Origin: a virus
Taxonomy: Duplodnaviria > Caudoviricetes
Length of the DNA: 58,581 nt
IMG/VR virus record: IMGVR_UViG_3300025732_000046
Location: 1 to 58,581 of that record
Direction: 5' to 3' (one strand)
Positions 18,201 to 25,817 of this stretch are shown here, in pieces. Position numbers and translations under genes: made by a program. The notes under the pieces were generated by a model. That model worked only from the letters and a program-made list of their open reading frames with translations. It searched no databases and was not told where the DNA came from. How positions within the stretch are numbered: the first letter of the stretch is position 1; every line of letters begins with the position of its first letter.

Positions 18201-21008
18201 TTGCTGATTTGGAATGTATTTTTGTACTTCTTGATTTCTGTAGATATAGTAAATGTTATTATATCTCTTTCTCTTAAAATATGGAAGGGTAGTGTTTCTT
18301 GATGAAGTATTGTTTGTAAAAGTACCTGGATTAGTATCTAAAGAAACACTAAATTCCTTTGCACTGCTAATTCCAACTACAGAATAAGTACCATTAAATC
18401 CAGAGTTTCCTACACCTGTTGAGTTTAATGTACTCTTAATATTTGTTAGTTCAACCTCTGAACCAACTTTTAAGTTATGAGGTAATTCAGTTGTAATCTT
18501 TGCTGTATTTGAACTCCAAGTAGCATTTGCAATAAATCTGAAGTTTCTTTGCTGATTAATATTAGATAAATCACCGCTACCAAAATAGGTTTGAATTTCT
18601 GCATTTGATGCTCCAATAGAATCATTAGATTCTTGAAGAATAAATCCATCACTTGGTGGTCTAGCATATACATCACCATTAGATGCTGGAATTACATAAC
18701 GAATTCTATAAATTGAATCGGAAGCATTTCTATTATATTTTTTACGATTAAAATAAGTTCTTGAAGTTGCCGGAATACTCAATCCGGATACAGCAGAATA
18801 AATTCTATTCTCTGTTGATGCGGTAGCGACTTTAACATACCATTGACCAACACTAGTATCATATTGAATTGGATGTCCAATATCATTTGGAGCCTTATCA
18901 GATACTCTACTGAGAATCTTTAAACTTCCCCCATTTGCATTAATAGTCAGAGGAGTTAAGTTTCTTGCATCATTGAGAGTTTTTGCAAGTTTAATATCCA
19001 CGTTTGTGGATAATCCGCTAGTAATTGCATAATAAACTGTATTTGGTTTTAATCCATCTGGAAGATGACCATTATCACTTATAACACGAACAGTTTCTCC
19101 ATTTTCAAAACTATGTGCTTGAGTCAATTTAATAGTATTAGAAGTAATACTATTAATTCCAACGGAACTTCTTCTTACATTAAAAGATTTCTCAGAACTT
19201 GTCTGAGAATTACCCATCACAATTCTAGAACTATACTCAGTAGTTATTCCAGAATTAGAAATTAAAACATTAAGCGTGTCATTTTCTCTAGCACCTATTC
19301 TATATCCATCAAGAACGTGCTCTGGTGGGTTATCTAAATTTGTTTCATTGTATAGATAAAGCCTTCCAGTATTAGCAACAGAAACAGTCCTTGAGACATC
19401 AATCGCATTAAATTCAATTGCTACCTCATCGTTTGGAAGTTCTTTTGGTGGAATAATATGAGTGATATATCCAACATCGTCTTGAGAGAAGGCATTTTTA
19501 CGGAAACCAGAAGCAACAAGTGACTTTGCCCCAAAGTTTGAGTTTGAGTTTGTAACAGATTGATCTCCACCACTATCTACAGAGAAATGCTCGGCATAAC
19601 CAATCGCAAAAATAGACACGTTTTGAATGAACGCATCATTAATACACTTAATATGGAAATTACGATAAGAAGGTTTATATATTGATCTAGAATTTGTACT
19701 TAGAGATGGACCATAAGTTCCAGTACTTTCATCATAGATAACAAAAGCATTATCATCTTTTTGTAATCCAATTCCAGTGAATTGGGCAACAACCATAGAT
19801 TTAAATCCCGATGCCTTGTCTCCATCAGCAAGAACACCACACATACCATAAACAGATCTTAAAGAGATATTAAAAATGTATGGCGATGCCGAAGTAACAG
19901 TATCAGAACTTAGTGAAAGAAGAGAACCGATCGGAGAAGGAAGTGCCGTCGCTGGAGCATTCTGAACTTTATATTTTAATTCAGTATCACTTACCTTTTC
20001 AGTTACCACAAAATTACCATTATATCCGGGAGATGCTACACCTTCAATACGAATTGGAGTATCAACATCTAAACCTGGTACAATTTCTTCTGTAGTTACA
20101 GTAATCGTTGTTGTTGGAATAACACCATTACCCGATTTAATACTTGTAATACCTACGGATAAACCAGTAGATCCAACAATGCGATATTCATCAATTTTTG
20201 GTTCAATATCAATAGAAGATGATGGATAATCTGGTTCTATCTGCCTACCAGATGCTGATCCATACGCAAGACCGACTTTTTCATAATACATATCAAGATC
20301 TGTACGATCTGTTGAATATGTCTGAAATTCATCATCAATAGAAACATTATTTACACCATCAGCATACTCAAAACAAGAAAGTTTATGGTGAGAAAAATTA
20401 GGTACGAATAAATTATTAGTATAATCAATATAGCATTGTCCGTTTGGATCCGAATCAAATAAAGAAAACTGCCAGAAGTAACAACCACCAGTTACTCTAA
20501 AAATTGAAGATCTTTCAATATTATCATTTGTTGGATTTGGAACATACTTTGGACGAATCTTAGTTTTACGAAGATCCATACCAACAAGTGAAGTTCCTCT
20601 TGGTATTATAACTCCACCGTGAATACTATTAAGTTTATATAAAGCATTGTCTGAATCCGAAAGATCAAAATTTGTAGTTAATTCAAATGGAGAGAAATTA
20701 TTAGAAGTTTGACCATTTCGTAATCTGTAATTATTAGAACCATCTGGAATCCATCCGGGACGGTTATCTACTATATGATCTCCAGGATAAACAAGAATCG
20801 TTGTCTTACCAAATCTATCGTTGTTCAGTCCTCTTTGATATGAAAATCTTGCTGCCTCTATTAAAGCACGCTGAATAGTTTTAAATGGTCTAGTAAGTGA
20901 ATTACCCTGATTCTCAATACTATCCGTAGAATCAATACTATTAGGATCTACATATAAAATCGTGCCGCGAACAGATTTCAGAAAATTTTCCAGGCGTGAA
21001 AGACCCAT
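15252..21008 (-). CDS. Large virion structural/tail fibre protein with S74 chaperone
   Basis: 1918 aa; MGLSRLENFLK N-terminus typical of cyanomyovirus structural proteins; RRHSIIRASGHTFEYVGFGPGNYST; C-terminal SDIRLKTNI S74 domain. Confidence 0.88.
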   Translation of the reverse strand: MGLSRLENFLKSVRGTILYVDPNSIDSTDSIENQGNSLTRPFKTIQRALIEAARFSYQRGLNNDRFGKTTILVYPGDHIVDNRPGWIPDGSNNYRLRNGQTSNNFSPFELTTNFDLSDSDNALYKLNSIHGGVIIPRGTSLVGMDLRKTKIRPKYVPNPTNDNIERSSIFRVTGGCYFWQFSLFDSDPNGQCYIDYTNNLFVPNFSHHKLSCFEYADGVNNVSIDDEFQTYSTDRTDLDMYYEKVGLAYGSASGRQIEPDYPSSSIDIEPKIDEYRIVGSTGLSVGITSIKSGNGVIPTTTITVTTEEIVPGLDVDTPIRIEGVASPGYNGNFVVTEKVSDTELKYKVQNAPATALPSPIGSLLSLSSDTVTSASPYIFNISLRSVYGMCGVLADGDKASGFKSMVVAQFTGIGLQKDDNAFVIYDESTGTYGPSLSTNSRSIYKPSYRNFHIKCINDAFIQNVSIFAIGYAEHFSVDSGGDQSVTNSNSNFGAKSLVASGFRKNAFSQDDVGYITHIIPPKELPNDEVAIEFNAIDVSRTVSVANTGRLYLYNETNLDNPPEHVLDGYRIGARENDTLNVLISNSGITTEYSSRIVMGNSQTSSEKSFNVRRSSVGINSITSNTIKLTQAHSFENGETVRVISDNGHLPDGLKPNTVYYAITSGLSTNVDIKLAKTLNDARNLTPLTINANGGSLKILSRVSDKAPNDIGHPIQYDTSVGQWYVKVATASTENRIYSAVSGLSIPATSRTYFNRKKYNRNASDSIYRIRYVIPASNGDVYARPPSDGFILQESNDSIGASNAEIQTYFGSGDLSNINQQRNFRFIANATWSSNTAKITTELPHNLKVGSEVELTNIKSTLNSTGVGNSGFNGTYSVVGISSAKEFSVSLDTNPGTFTNNTSSRNTTLPYFKRKRYNNIYYIYRNQEVQKYIPNQQDGVYHLTLVNASNTPVVSPFTGESYSQPVKELYPQVNRDNPVSDPQETKSFASSSLIGEVVVDDVRNSITKETVSKLLLDSNVGIGITNIISSSATSHRIHTSIDHGLNRVTKVEIITGEEGSGYIEGTYYNARLVGLAGSTTGQHATAKVSVTPSGDVDEVIVMDGGSSYAVGNVLQVVGIATTTSFVPARVRVTQIYNNVGDVVRISGVSSESYQGYNNLYRITNVSTGVAKSFTAESSSSVSGFSTTGIGVTVTQNAFVYLTGKSNRISSISYNNVVGLATITTQDRHGFSVGNKVKITGATQNLYNGDFVVTKNLSLTSFVADIGISTNVPSTAGTIYVYPEGITSNDGVISSNYENIGGRMNPVYAGITTTLYFGIDDETTEDVTIRGINKLDINIGDYLQIDDELVRVKSTVSNTIAEGDNITVFRGALGTKATSHVINSVVRRVSVNPVEFRRHSIIRASGHTFEYVGFGPGNYSTAFPDKQNRQISAQEELLAQSTRREGGINFYTGMNDKGISYSGNKKLSTVTGQEEIFDTPIQTITGEDIGNDPALNVITPIEGNFSRSIRVDGGSDGNATSEFNGPVIFNDKVTSTSDKGLEVTSLFLQGDVKVSRKYTIGESTPTLAGNPGDIQYNANPSNSDYIGWIYTSNNEWQQFGKIGTGGGGGEGQAGVGVGTSGGYVGFATLINFTGTNITITSSYNSGTDVATLNFVGLGTTAILGNNTVGGSSGNRWNISPIVGSDGVMEIGRYIDFHNTATDTSDYTYRLDNSSNGVLETSGSLTVNSNISLTGTLNFTNLGDKVVNFYTNSGDDAYLRLLTSSTNFENAIRMRRDGEVDLYYNGTSKLTTSATGITVTDTVSTTNVSATTINATNGSFIGIVTASDLNSNSDIRLKTNIKQIEDPLSKVLQIRGVDFDWKSDNRSSSGVIAQEIEEVLPHLVSGDETKSVNYNGLVGVLIEAIKEQQRQIEELKQQIYK

Positions 21009-21050
21009 CTTATTAATACTTATAGTTCCGTTATGGATTATTTATCATAC

Positions 21051-21074
21051 AACAAAACCTCCCAAAGGGAGGTT
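21051..21074 (-). terminator. Rho-independent terminator
   Basis: AACCTCCC-TTT-GGGAGGTT followed by TTGTT on minus strand. Confidence 0.75.
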
Positions 21075-21094
21075 CTGAAGTCACACATTTTGGG

Positions 21095-21742
21095 TCACTG
21101 TAACGATTCAGTATCGTCTTGTTTATTATACCACTTCTCTTCTTTCCAAGTCAAGCGTTTCTTTAGTTCTTCATCAAAGATCATCAAGTATCTATGCTTT
21201 CTGCTTCTTTCTCTCCACTCGCCCTCTGCACCTTTCACACTTCCCCTTGAGTGCTTTGTACCATCGGCATAATAAAAATCTTTCTTCGGTGATGTGAGAC
21301 CATAATATTTAAAATTTGTGGCGCGATAAATCACCCCAGAATGATGAGATGAATCAGCATAAGACAATATTGCTCTTACATTCGTTTCCTTACGAAACCT
21401 CTTTATACAACGACTGACGAACCAAGAAGTAATATTATATTCCGTTTTTTGAATATCTGGATGAATGCACAACCTAGAAAGTTCGTAAAGACCTTCTTGT
21501 TCGTGTCTTTGTAACCCAAATGCACCAACTGCTATTTCTGGGACGGGAATCTTAGTAAAGACACAACAACCCAAGCACTCACCAATATGAAGAATATCAG
21601 TAACTGATGATTTAAATAAAGCGTAATTATATCCACTTTTAAAATCTTTTGATTCGTCTTTAAGATAATGGTAGGTATAAAGAAGATTTTTGATTTCTTT
21701 CTTACCTACTCTATCTATAAAGTACTGAGTATTTTTACTCAT
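21095..21742 (-). CDS. Mom-like (GNAT-fold) DNA adenine-modification protein
   Basis: YHYL, YELSRLC, SWFVSRCIK, ILSYAD..HHSGVIYRATNFKYYG and KHRY motifs of the phage Mu Mom family. Confidence 0.8.
   Translation of the reverse strand: MSKNTQYFIDRVGKKEIKNLLYTYHYLKDESKDFKSGYNYALFKSSVTDILHIGECLGCCVFTKIPVPEIAVGAFGLQRHEQEGLYELSRLCIHPDIQKTEYNITSWFVSRCIKRFRKETNVRAILSYADSSHHSGVIYRATNFKYYGLTSPKKDFYYADGTKHSRGSVKGAEGEWRERSRKHRYLMIFDEELKKRLTWKEEKWYNKQDDTESLQ
21125..21154 (-). promoter_or_regulatory. Sigma70-like promoter inside the 3' end of the mom-like gene
   Basis: TTGACT-18 nt-TATAAT with extended -10 TG. Confidence 0.6.
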
Positions 21743-22311
21743 TATTGTGAGGATTTGATGATATTAAATGCTATGGTGATTCTTTCTTTATTTGATATTT
21801 GAGGATTGACACAATGAATAGTATCACTGGGAAATAAAATCATTGTTCCATTTTTTCCATCATACTTAGTGTTATGCTCCGGAAAGATAGTAGGATGATT
21901 AAAGTTTTGAACATAAATTACACCGGAAATATTTCCCGAATGATTATGAATAGGATTATCATCTCCTTTATAAGCAAAATTTGCCCAAATATCATACCCA
22001 TCAAAATGTCCATCCCATTTTCTAAGTTTATAATTTCTATGATTACCTCCCCAATAAGCAGAACAAACTCTCAATGTATATGGCAACCAAAAAGAATTTT
22101 CTATTAATTGAGGTGAAATTGAACATTGGTACGAATTATGTTTTTTCCCGTCAATAGTAAGATAACCAACGTTTTCGTGTGCTTTTAGTTCTGCAAGAGG
22201 ATGATTTTTAATTTTTTTACATTCTTTTACCCAAAGATTTATTTCTTTTTGAATTTCTTTTGGCAAATTACAAAGTAAATATGGAAAATTAAAGGAAAGA
22301 TCGAATTTCAT
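21742..22311 (-). CDS. Putative 2OG-Fe(II) oxygenase (TIGR02466-like)
   Basis: WANF...NPIHNH.G.ISGVIYV; LFPS...HCV; RITIAFNI. Confidence 0.8.
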   Translation of the reverse strand: MKFDLSFNFPYLLCNLPKEIQKEINLWVKECKKIKNHPLAELKAHENVGYLTIDGKKHNSYQCSISPQLIENSFWLPYTLRVCSAYWGGNHRNYKLRKWDGHFDGYDIWANFAYKGDDNPIHNHSGNISGVIYVQNFNHPTIFPEHNTKYDGKNGTMILFPSDTIHCVNPQISNKERITIAFNIIKSSQ

Positions 22312-22478
22312 TTTTGATTATATTCTAACATATATTCTACAGTATTTGCAACATCATTCATTGCTGCACGAAGATCTGGTTGCTGACCTGATTCTTGCTT
22401 AAGAATAGGTCTTGAGTCGTCGGTAAGAGTCCAACGCCATTGTTTCATATCTTTGCAGTACCAGAGATTTATCTTCAT
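22308..22478 (-). CDS. Small hypothetical protein (56 aa)
   Basis: MKINLWYCKDMKQWRWTLTDDSRPILKQESGQQPDLRAAMNDVANTVEYMLEYNQK; ATGA overlap with next gene. Confidence 0.75.
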   Translation of the reverse strand: MKINLWYCKDMKQWRWTLTDDSRPILKQESGQQPDLRAAMNDVANTVEYMLEYNQK

Positions 22479-22498
22479 GTTAAAACTTAAGTTTTAAG

Positions 22499-22571
22499 AG
22501 CCCCCATTCGGAATCGAACCGAAAATCTTCCGCTTACAAGGCGGATGCAGTAACCGTTATGCTATAGGGGC
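22499..22571 (-). tRNA. trnT: tRNA-Thr(UGU)
   Basis: GCCCCTA/TGGGGGC acceptor stem; TCCGC-CTTGTAA-GCGGA anticodon arm; GGTTCGATTCC T-arm; no encoded CCA. Confidence 0.95.
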
Positions 22572-22572
22572 A

Positions 22573-22842
22573 TTAATCTGCAGGCATCATTTCTGGATTT
22601 TCCAGATCGACTTCAAACATCAGAGGATGACATTCTTCCATCATAAGATAGTAAGATGCTTGATATAAATCCTCTGGTTCAAATCGTCTTTCGTTGTCTG
22701 CACATTCAAGAACTTCCGGATCGTAAATGTAACTATCAGGAACATCGTCAAAAGTAAAAGGTAAACTTTGTATGAAATACATCAGAACAAGTTGTGTTCC
22801 TCTGTTATACCAAACATATCTGGCGTCTATTCTGTATTTCAT
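22573..22842 (-). CDS. Hypothetical cyanophage protein
   Basis: 89 aa acidic ORF; late-promoter-like CTAAATA upstream (~22868). Confidence 0.7.
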   Translation of the reverse strand: MKYRIDARYVWYNRGTQLVLMYFIQSLPFTFDDVPDSYIYDPEVLECADNERRFEPEDLYQASYYLMMEECHPLMFEVDLENPEMMPAD

Positions 22843-22888
22843 AGAATAGTTCCTTATACTTTTGTTTTATTTAGAGGTTGAGCCTCAG

Positions 22889-23170
22889 TGCGAGTAGGGA
22901 GACTTGAACTCCCACGGGCATACGCCCAACAGATTTTCGTACCACTATAGTTTTCACTACCCTTTCGGTTTGTGGTCTGGACTATACCTTCACCATACCT
23001 TTTGGTTTAGGTGCTCCCCGTCTAGTCTCTACACCTTCATCTTACGATGCTTGGCTCGGTATTGCCATTTTACAGGTTTCACCGAATTTGAGGAGTTACA
23101 CTCATAAGGTTTCCCAAATGAGGCTCAATTTTCATAAGTCTGGTGTGTCTACCGATTCCACCATACTCGC
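22889..23170 (-). tRNA. trnL: tRNA-Leu(UAA), split by a group I intron (exons 23136-23170 and 22889-22937)
   Basis: 5' exon GCGAGTATGGTGGAATCGGTAGACACACCAGACTT plus 3' exon AAAATCTGTTGGGCGTATGCCCGTGGGAGTTCAAGTCTCCCTACTCGCA give an 84-nt type II tRNA with loop CTTAAAA. Confidence 0.93.
22938..23135 (-). ncRNA. Group I self-splicing intron (IC3-like, trnL-UAA type), 198 nt, no ORF
   Basis: Inserted after U34; P AATTCGGTGAAAC, Q AATACCGAGC, R GTAGAGACTAGA, S AAGGTATAGTCC; terminal G; 3-bp P1 (CUU/GAG). Confidence 0.92.
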
Positions 23171-23179
23171 ATAAAAAAC

Positions 23180-23359
23180 TCAGAGAAAACTGAGTTGACT
23201 ATCAGATTCTACCGTATAAGTCGGAGGATGTAAAGTGCAGTATTCATTAAACGTAATCTTCATTTCTTTGTTTGTAAGATTACAATTTGCTGCTGCTTTT
23301 GGAACATTCCATTTTGCTGCGAACAGCATTTCCATTGATTCTCTTGTTTCTGGACGCAT
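23180..23359 (-). CDS. Small hypothetical protein (possible HTH)
   Basis: MRPETRESMEMLFAAKWNVPKAAANCNLTNKEMKITFNEYC...; start reassigned to ATG 23359. Confidence 0.65.
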   Translation of the reverse strand: MRPETRESMEMLFAAKWNVPKAAANCNLTNKEMKITFNEYCTLHPPTYTVESDSQLSFL

Positions 23360-23419
23360 TTTTTGAAAAAGTATCGTGTGAGAATTTTTGCCGGGAATTT
23401 TTTCCCCCAAAAATGGATT

Positions 23420-23602
23420 TTAAAGTGGATTTGCGTATGAGAGTGTTTCTTCATCCACTGTGGCACGTACAAATTCTAGCACGTTCATGAACTCATCAAC
23501 CGTATCACAGACCACTTCCTTTTCTGTCCCCTCACTGGAGTAAAGATACACGGTTCGTTTGATCGGATCAACGACGCATCGTGTCAGGTACTCATCTTGC
23601 AT
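23420..23602 (-). CDS. Small hypothetical cyanophage protein
   Basis: 60 aa, directly downstream of a consensus early promoter. Confidence 0.75.
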   Translation of the reverse strand: MQDEYLTRCVVDPIKRTVYLYSSEGTEKEVVCDTVDEFMNVLEFVRATVDEETLSYANPL

Positions 23603-23628
23603 TCGGTTCGTTCCGTGATTACCTATTC

Positions 23629-23657
23629 ATAGTAGCACGGTCAGGTGCCCGTGTCAA
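23629..23657 (-). promoter_or_regulatory. Sigma70-like early promoter driving the small-gene/tRNA island
   Basis: TTGACA-17 nt-TACTAT with extended -10 TG. Confidence 0.8.
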
Positions 23658-24435
23658 CCCTCTCACCAGTTTTCGGATCTCTTCTGTCATAATCCCATCC
23701 ACCGACAAGAAATCTACTGTTGTCACCAGGATAATCATCAGGTGTTTTACCATCATAAACAACGTGAAGTTTTTCATTATGATCCAATGGATTCAACCAA
23801 CGAGCAGCCCATACTTCATAATAACAATTAATATTTGCCCCAAGACCAGAACGTATAATAACTTTTTTACCCCACTCAATCCTATCAACAATTAAATCCT
23901 GAGAATATCCGATTTGGGTTAGAGTAACTGTAATACTTTCTGGATCAACAAATCTATCCCAATACTCTGGCAATTCAATTATATTAGAATCCTTCAATTG
24001 ACCGCGAATATAAATTCCCGCTTCTGGACCTTCAGCAACAATATGACGAACACGTTTTCCTAGTTTAGTTAAATGAGGAACGTCAAATGCAGGTCCTGGA
24101 GTAATACCTTTAGCAGATGTTGCATTTCCAAAAAAAGTTCCATTAAAACTTGGAGCAGTAACAGATCCACTAAAATTTGTTTGATCTGCTTCAACATTAA
24201 AGGTTGGAATAGGTCCAGTATTTCTTTCTAAAGTTACATTTGAGGTATTACTTCCATCTAAATGCATATAAACATAATCTGCAGGAGATGATGTCGTATT
24301 TGCAAGAACCATTGAAACATCATCAAGATTAAAAGACCCCTCAAATGGTTCAGTAGAGAAATCGTCATTATCACGAAACTCAATATCAGTTCCGGGTCCA
24401 GTAAAGACCCCATATTTTTCAAATGTATATGCCAT
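23641..24435 (-). CDS. Baseplate/tail-associated protein with EGPE C-terminal domain
   Basis: 264 aa; FDVPH...HIVAEGPEAGIYIRG...IELPEYW shared with 24435..25097. Confidence 0.7.
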   Translation of the reverse strand: MAYTFEKYGVFTGPGTDIEFRDNDDFSTEPFEGSFNLDDVSMVLANTTSSPADYVYMHLDGSNTSNVTLERNTGPIPTFNVEADQTNFSGSVTAPSFNGTFFGNATSAKGITPGPAFDVPHLTKLGKRVRHIVAEGPEAGIYIRGQLKDSNIIELPEYWDRFVDPESITVTLTQIGYSQDLIVDRIEWGKKVIIRSGLGANINCYYEVWAARWLNPLDHNEKLHVVYDGKTPDDYPGDNSRFLVGGWDYDRRDPKTGERVDTGT

Positions 24436-25097
24436 TATTCTTCAATCTCCGTAATTAAAATAGGAACATCTTTTCTTGTAGCAAAGACGTGATAAAAACA
24501 ATGAATTGGGATGCCAGGTTTTGCTTGAAGATATACTTTATTATCTCCTATTCTTTTTACAATAATATCTTGATGTGCTCCAATAGGTGTTATTGAAACG
24601 CTGATAGAATCTTCGTGAACTAAATTAGTCCAATATTCTGGCAACTCAATTACAGAGTTATTTAATAGTTTTCCACGAACGTAAACTCCATTTTCAGGTC
24701 CTTCAAGGCACGTATGAACTAATTGCTTACCCTTTTTGGTTGGATGTGGAATTACAAAATTTTTGATTGATGCCTGGAGTATCTTAGTTCTTACGACCTT
24801 TGCTTCAATAAAAGTTGATTTAAGTAGCAAATCCACTCTAACAAAGCTTTGAAATCTTGCAAATGCCTTACACCATAAAGAATAAAGAGGTGCTGATTTT
24901 GCATCTGGATTAGTCAAAGGCCCGATCATTAAAGTTGCCTGGCAAGTATTATGCGCTCCAGGTTGTCCAGTTTGTAATGGACCCTCAACATATGCAGAAC
25001 CATTGATTTTTGCTGGACCAATTCCAAGTGCTTTTGGAACTCCAGCACCAACCATCATCTGACCACCAGCTGCAATATCATCCATTAAAAATGCCAT
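24435..25097 (-). CDS. Baseplate/tail-associated protein, paralog of 23641..24435
   Basis: 220 aa; FVIPHPTKKGKQLVHTCLEGPENGVYVRG...IELPEYW. Confidence 0.7.
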   Translation of the reverse strand: MAFLMDDIAAGGQMMVGAGVPKALGIGPAKINGSAYVEGPLQTGQPGAHNTCQATLMIGPLTNPDAKSAPLYSLWCKAFARFQSFVRVDLLLKSTFIEAKVVRTKILQASIKNFVIPHPTKKGKQLVHTCLEGPENGVYVRGKLLNNSVIELPEYWTNLVHEDSISVSITPIGAHQDIIVKRIGDNKVYLQAKPGIPIHCFYHVFATRKDVPILITEIEE

Positions 25098-25109
25098 TTT
25101 TATTCCTCC

Positions 25110-25778
25110 TTACTTGTTGTTTTTTCTTTGAATATTTCTTCCACCAACCTTAGAATCTTTATTTGCAACCGCATCAGTAACTCCTCTAATCATTGCCGAA
25201 TATATTGTCATACAACTATTTGCAGATAATTCAAGTGTTCCTGGAGTCACTAAATTTATTGCACTTTTACCATTTACAATAATTTTATTATCAGCATCAA
25301 GTTCAATATTTTCATTTGCTTTTATTCTAACATTTCCTTTAGATCCTCCTTCTCCCACTGCAGTTAATTCAATATCAGTTCCCTGAAGTCGTATTTTTCC
25401 ATTTGTTGCAATAATATCTATATTACCATTATGAGTGTGTATAAAGATAGTATCTTCTGCTTCAGTTTTATCTATTCCCGCATCTATGGATATTCTTCCG
25501 GGAGCAGTAATTTGAGTAGATCCTTTTCTTGGTCCATCTTTGTCAAGAATAATAGAATGTCTACCATCGCTTGCCTGAAGCATCACATCTGCAATGGTTT
25601 CACCTTGTTTATGAATGTGCCCAAAACTTACTGATCCATGATCATTACCATAACGAATTGCAGTATAATTTTGTTTTGAAGTATTATTTTTTGAAATATT
25701 ATCCGCAAGAAGTTCTTCTCTTCCTGCTTTAGGTGGAGTACCAACTTTTGTATTATTAGTATTTGGTGCGGTTGCCAT
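25110..25778 (-). CDS. gp5 C-terminal beta-helix-like (baseplate spike) protein
   Basis: 222 aa; short repeated beta strands (NIDIIATNGKIRLQGTDIELTA); position in the gp5 cluster. Confidence 0.6.
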   Translation of the reverse strand: MATAPNTNNTKVGTPPKAGREELLADNISKNNTSKQNYTAIRYGNDHGSVSFGHIHKQGETIADVMLQASDGRHSIILDKDGPRKGSTQITAPGRISIDAGIDKTEAEDTIFIHTHNGNIDIIATNGKIRLQGTDIELTAVGEGGSKGNVRIKANENIELDADNKIIVNGKSAINLVTPGTLELSANSCMTIYSAMIRGVTDAVANKDSKVGGRNIQRKNNK

Positions 25779-25817
25779 TAGTATTGAAATTTCAATATAG
25801 TACTATTTAATGTAGTT

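Noticed and set aside
22904-23107. Plus-strand 67-aa ORF
   Set aside because: Antisense to the tRNA-Leu intron; no nuclease motifs
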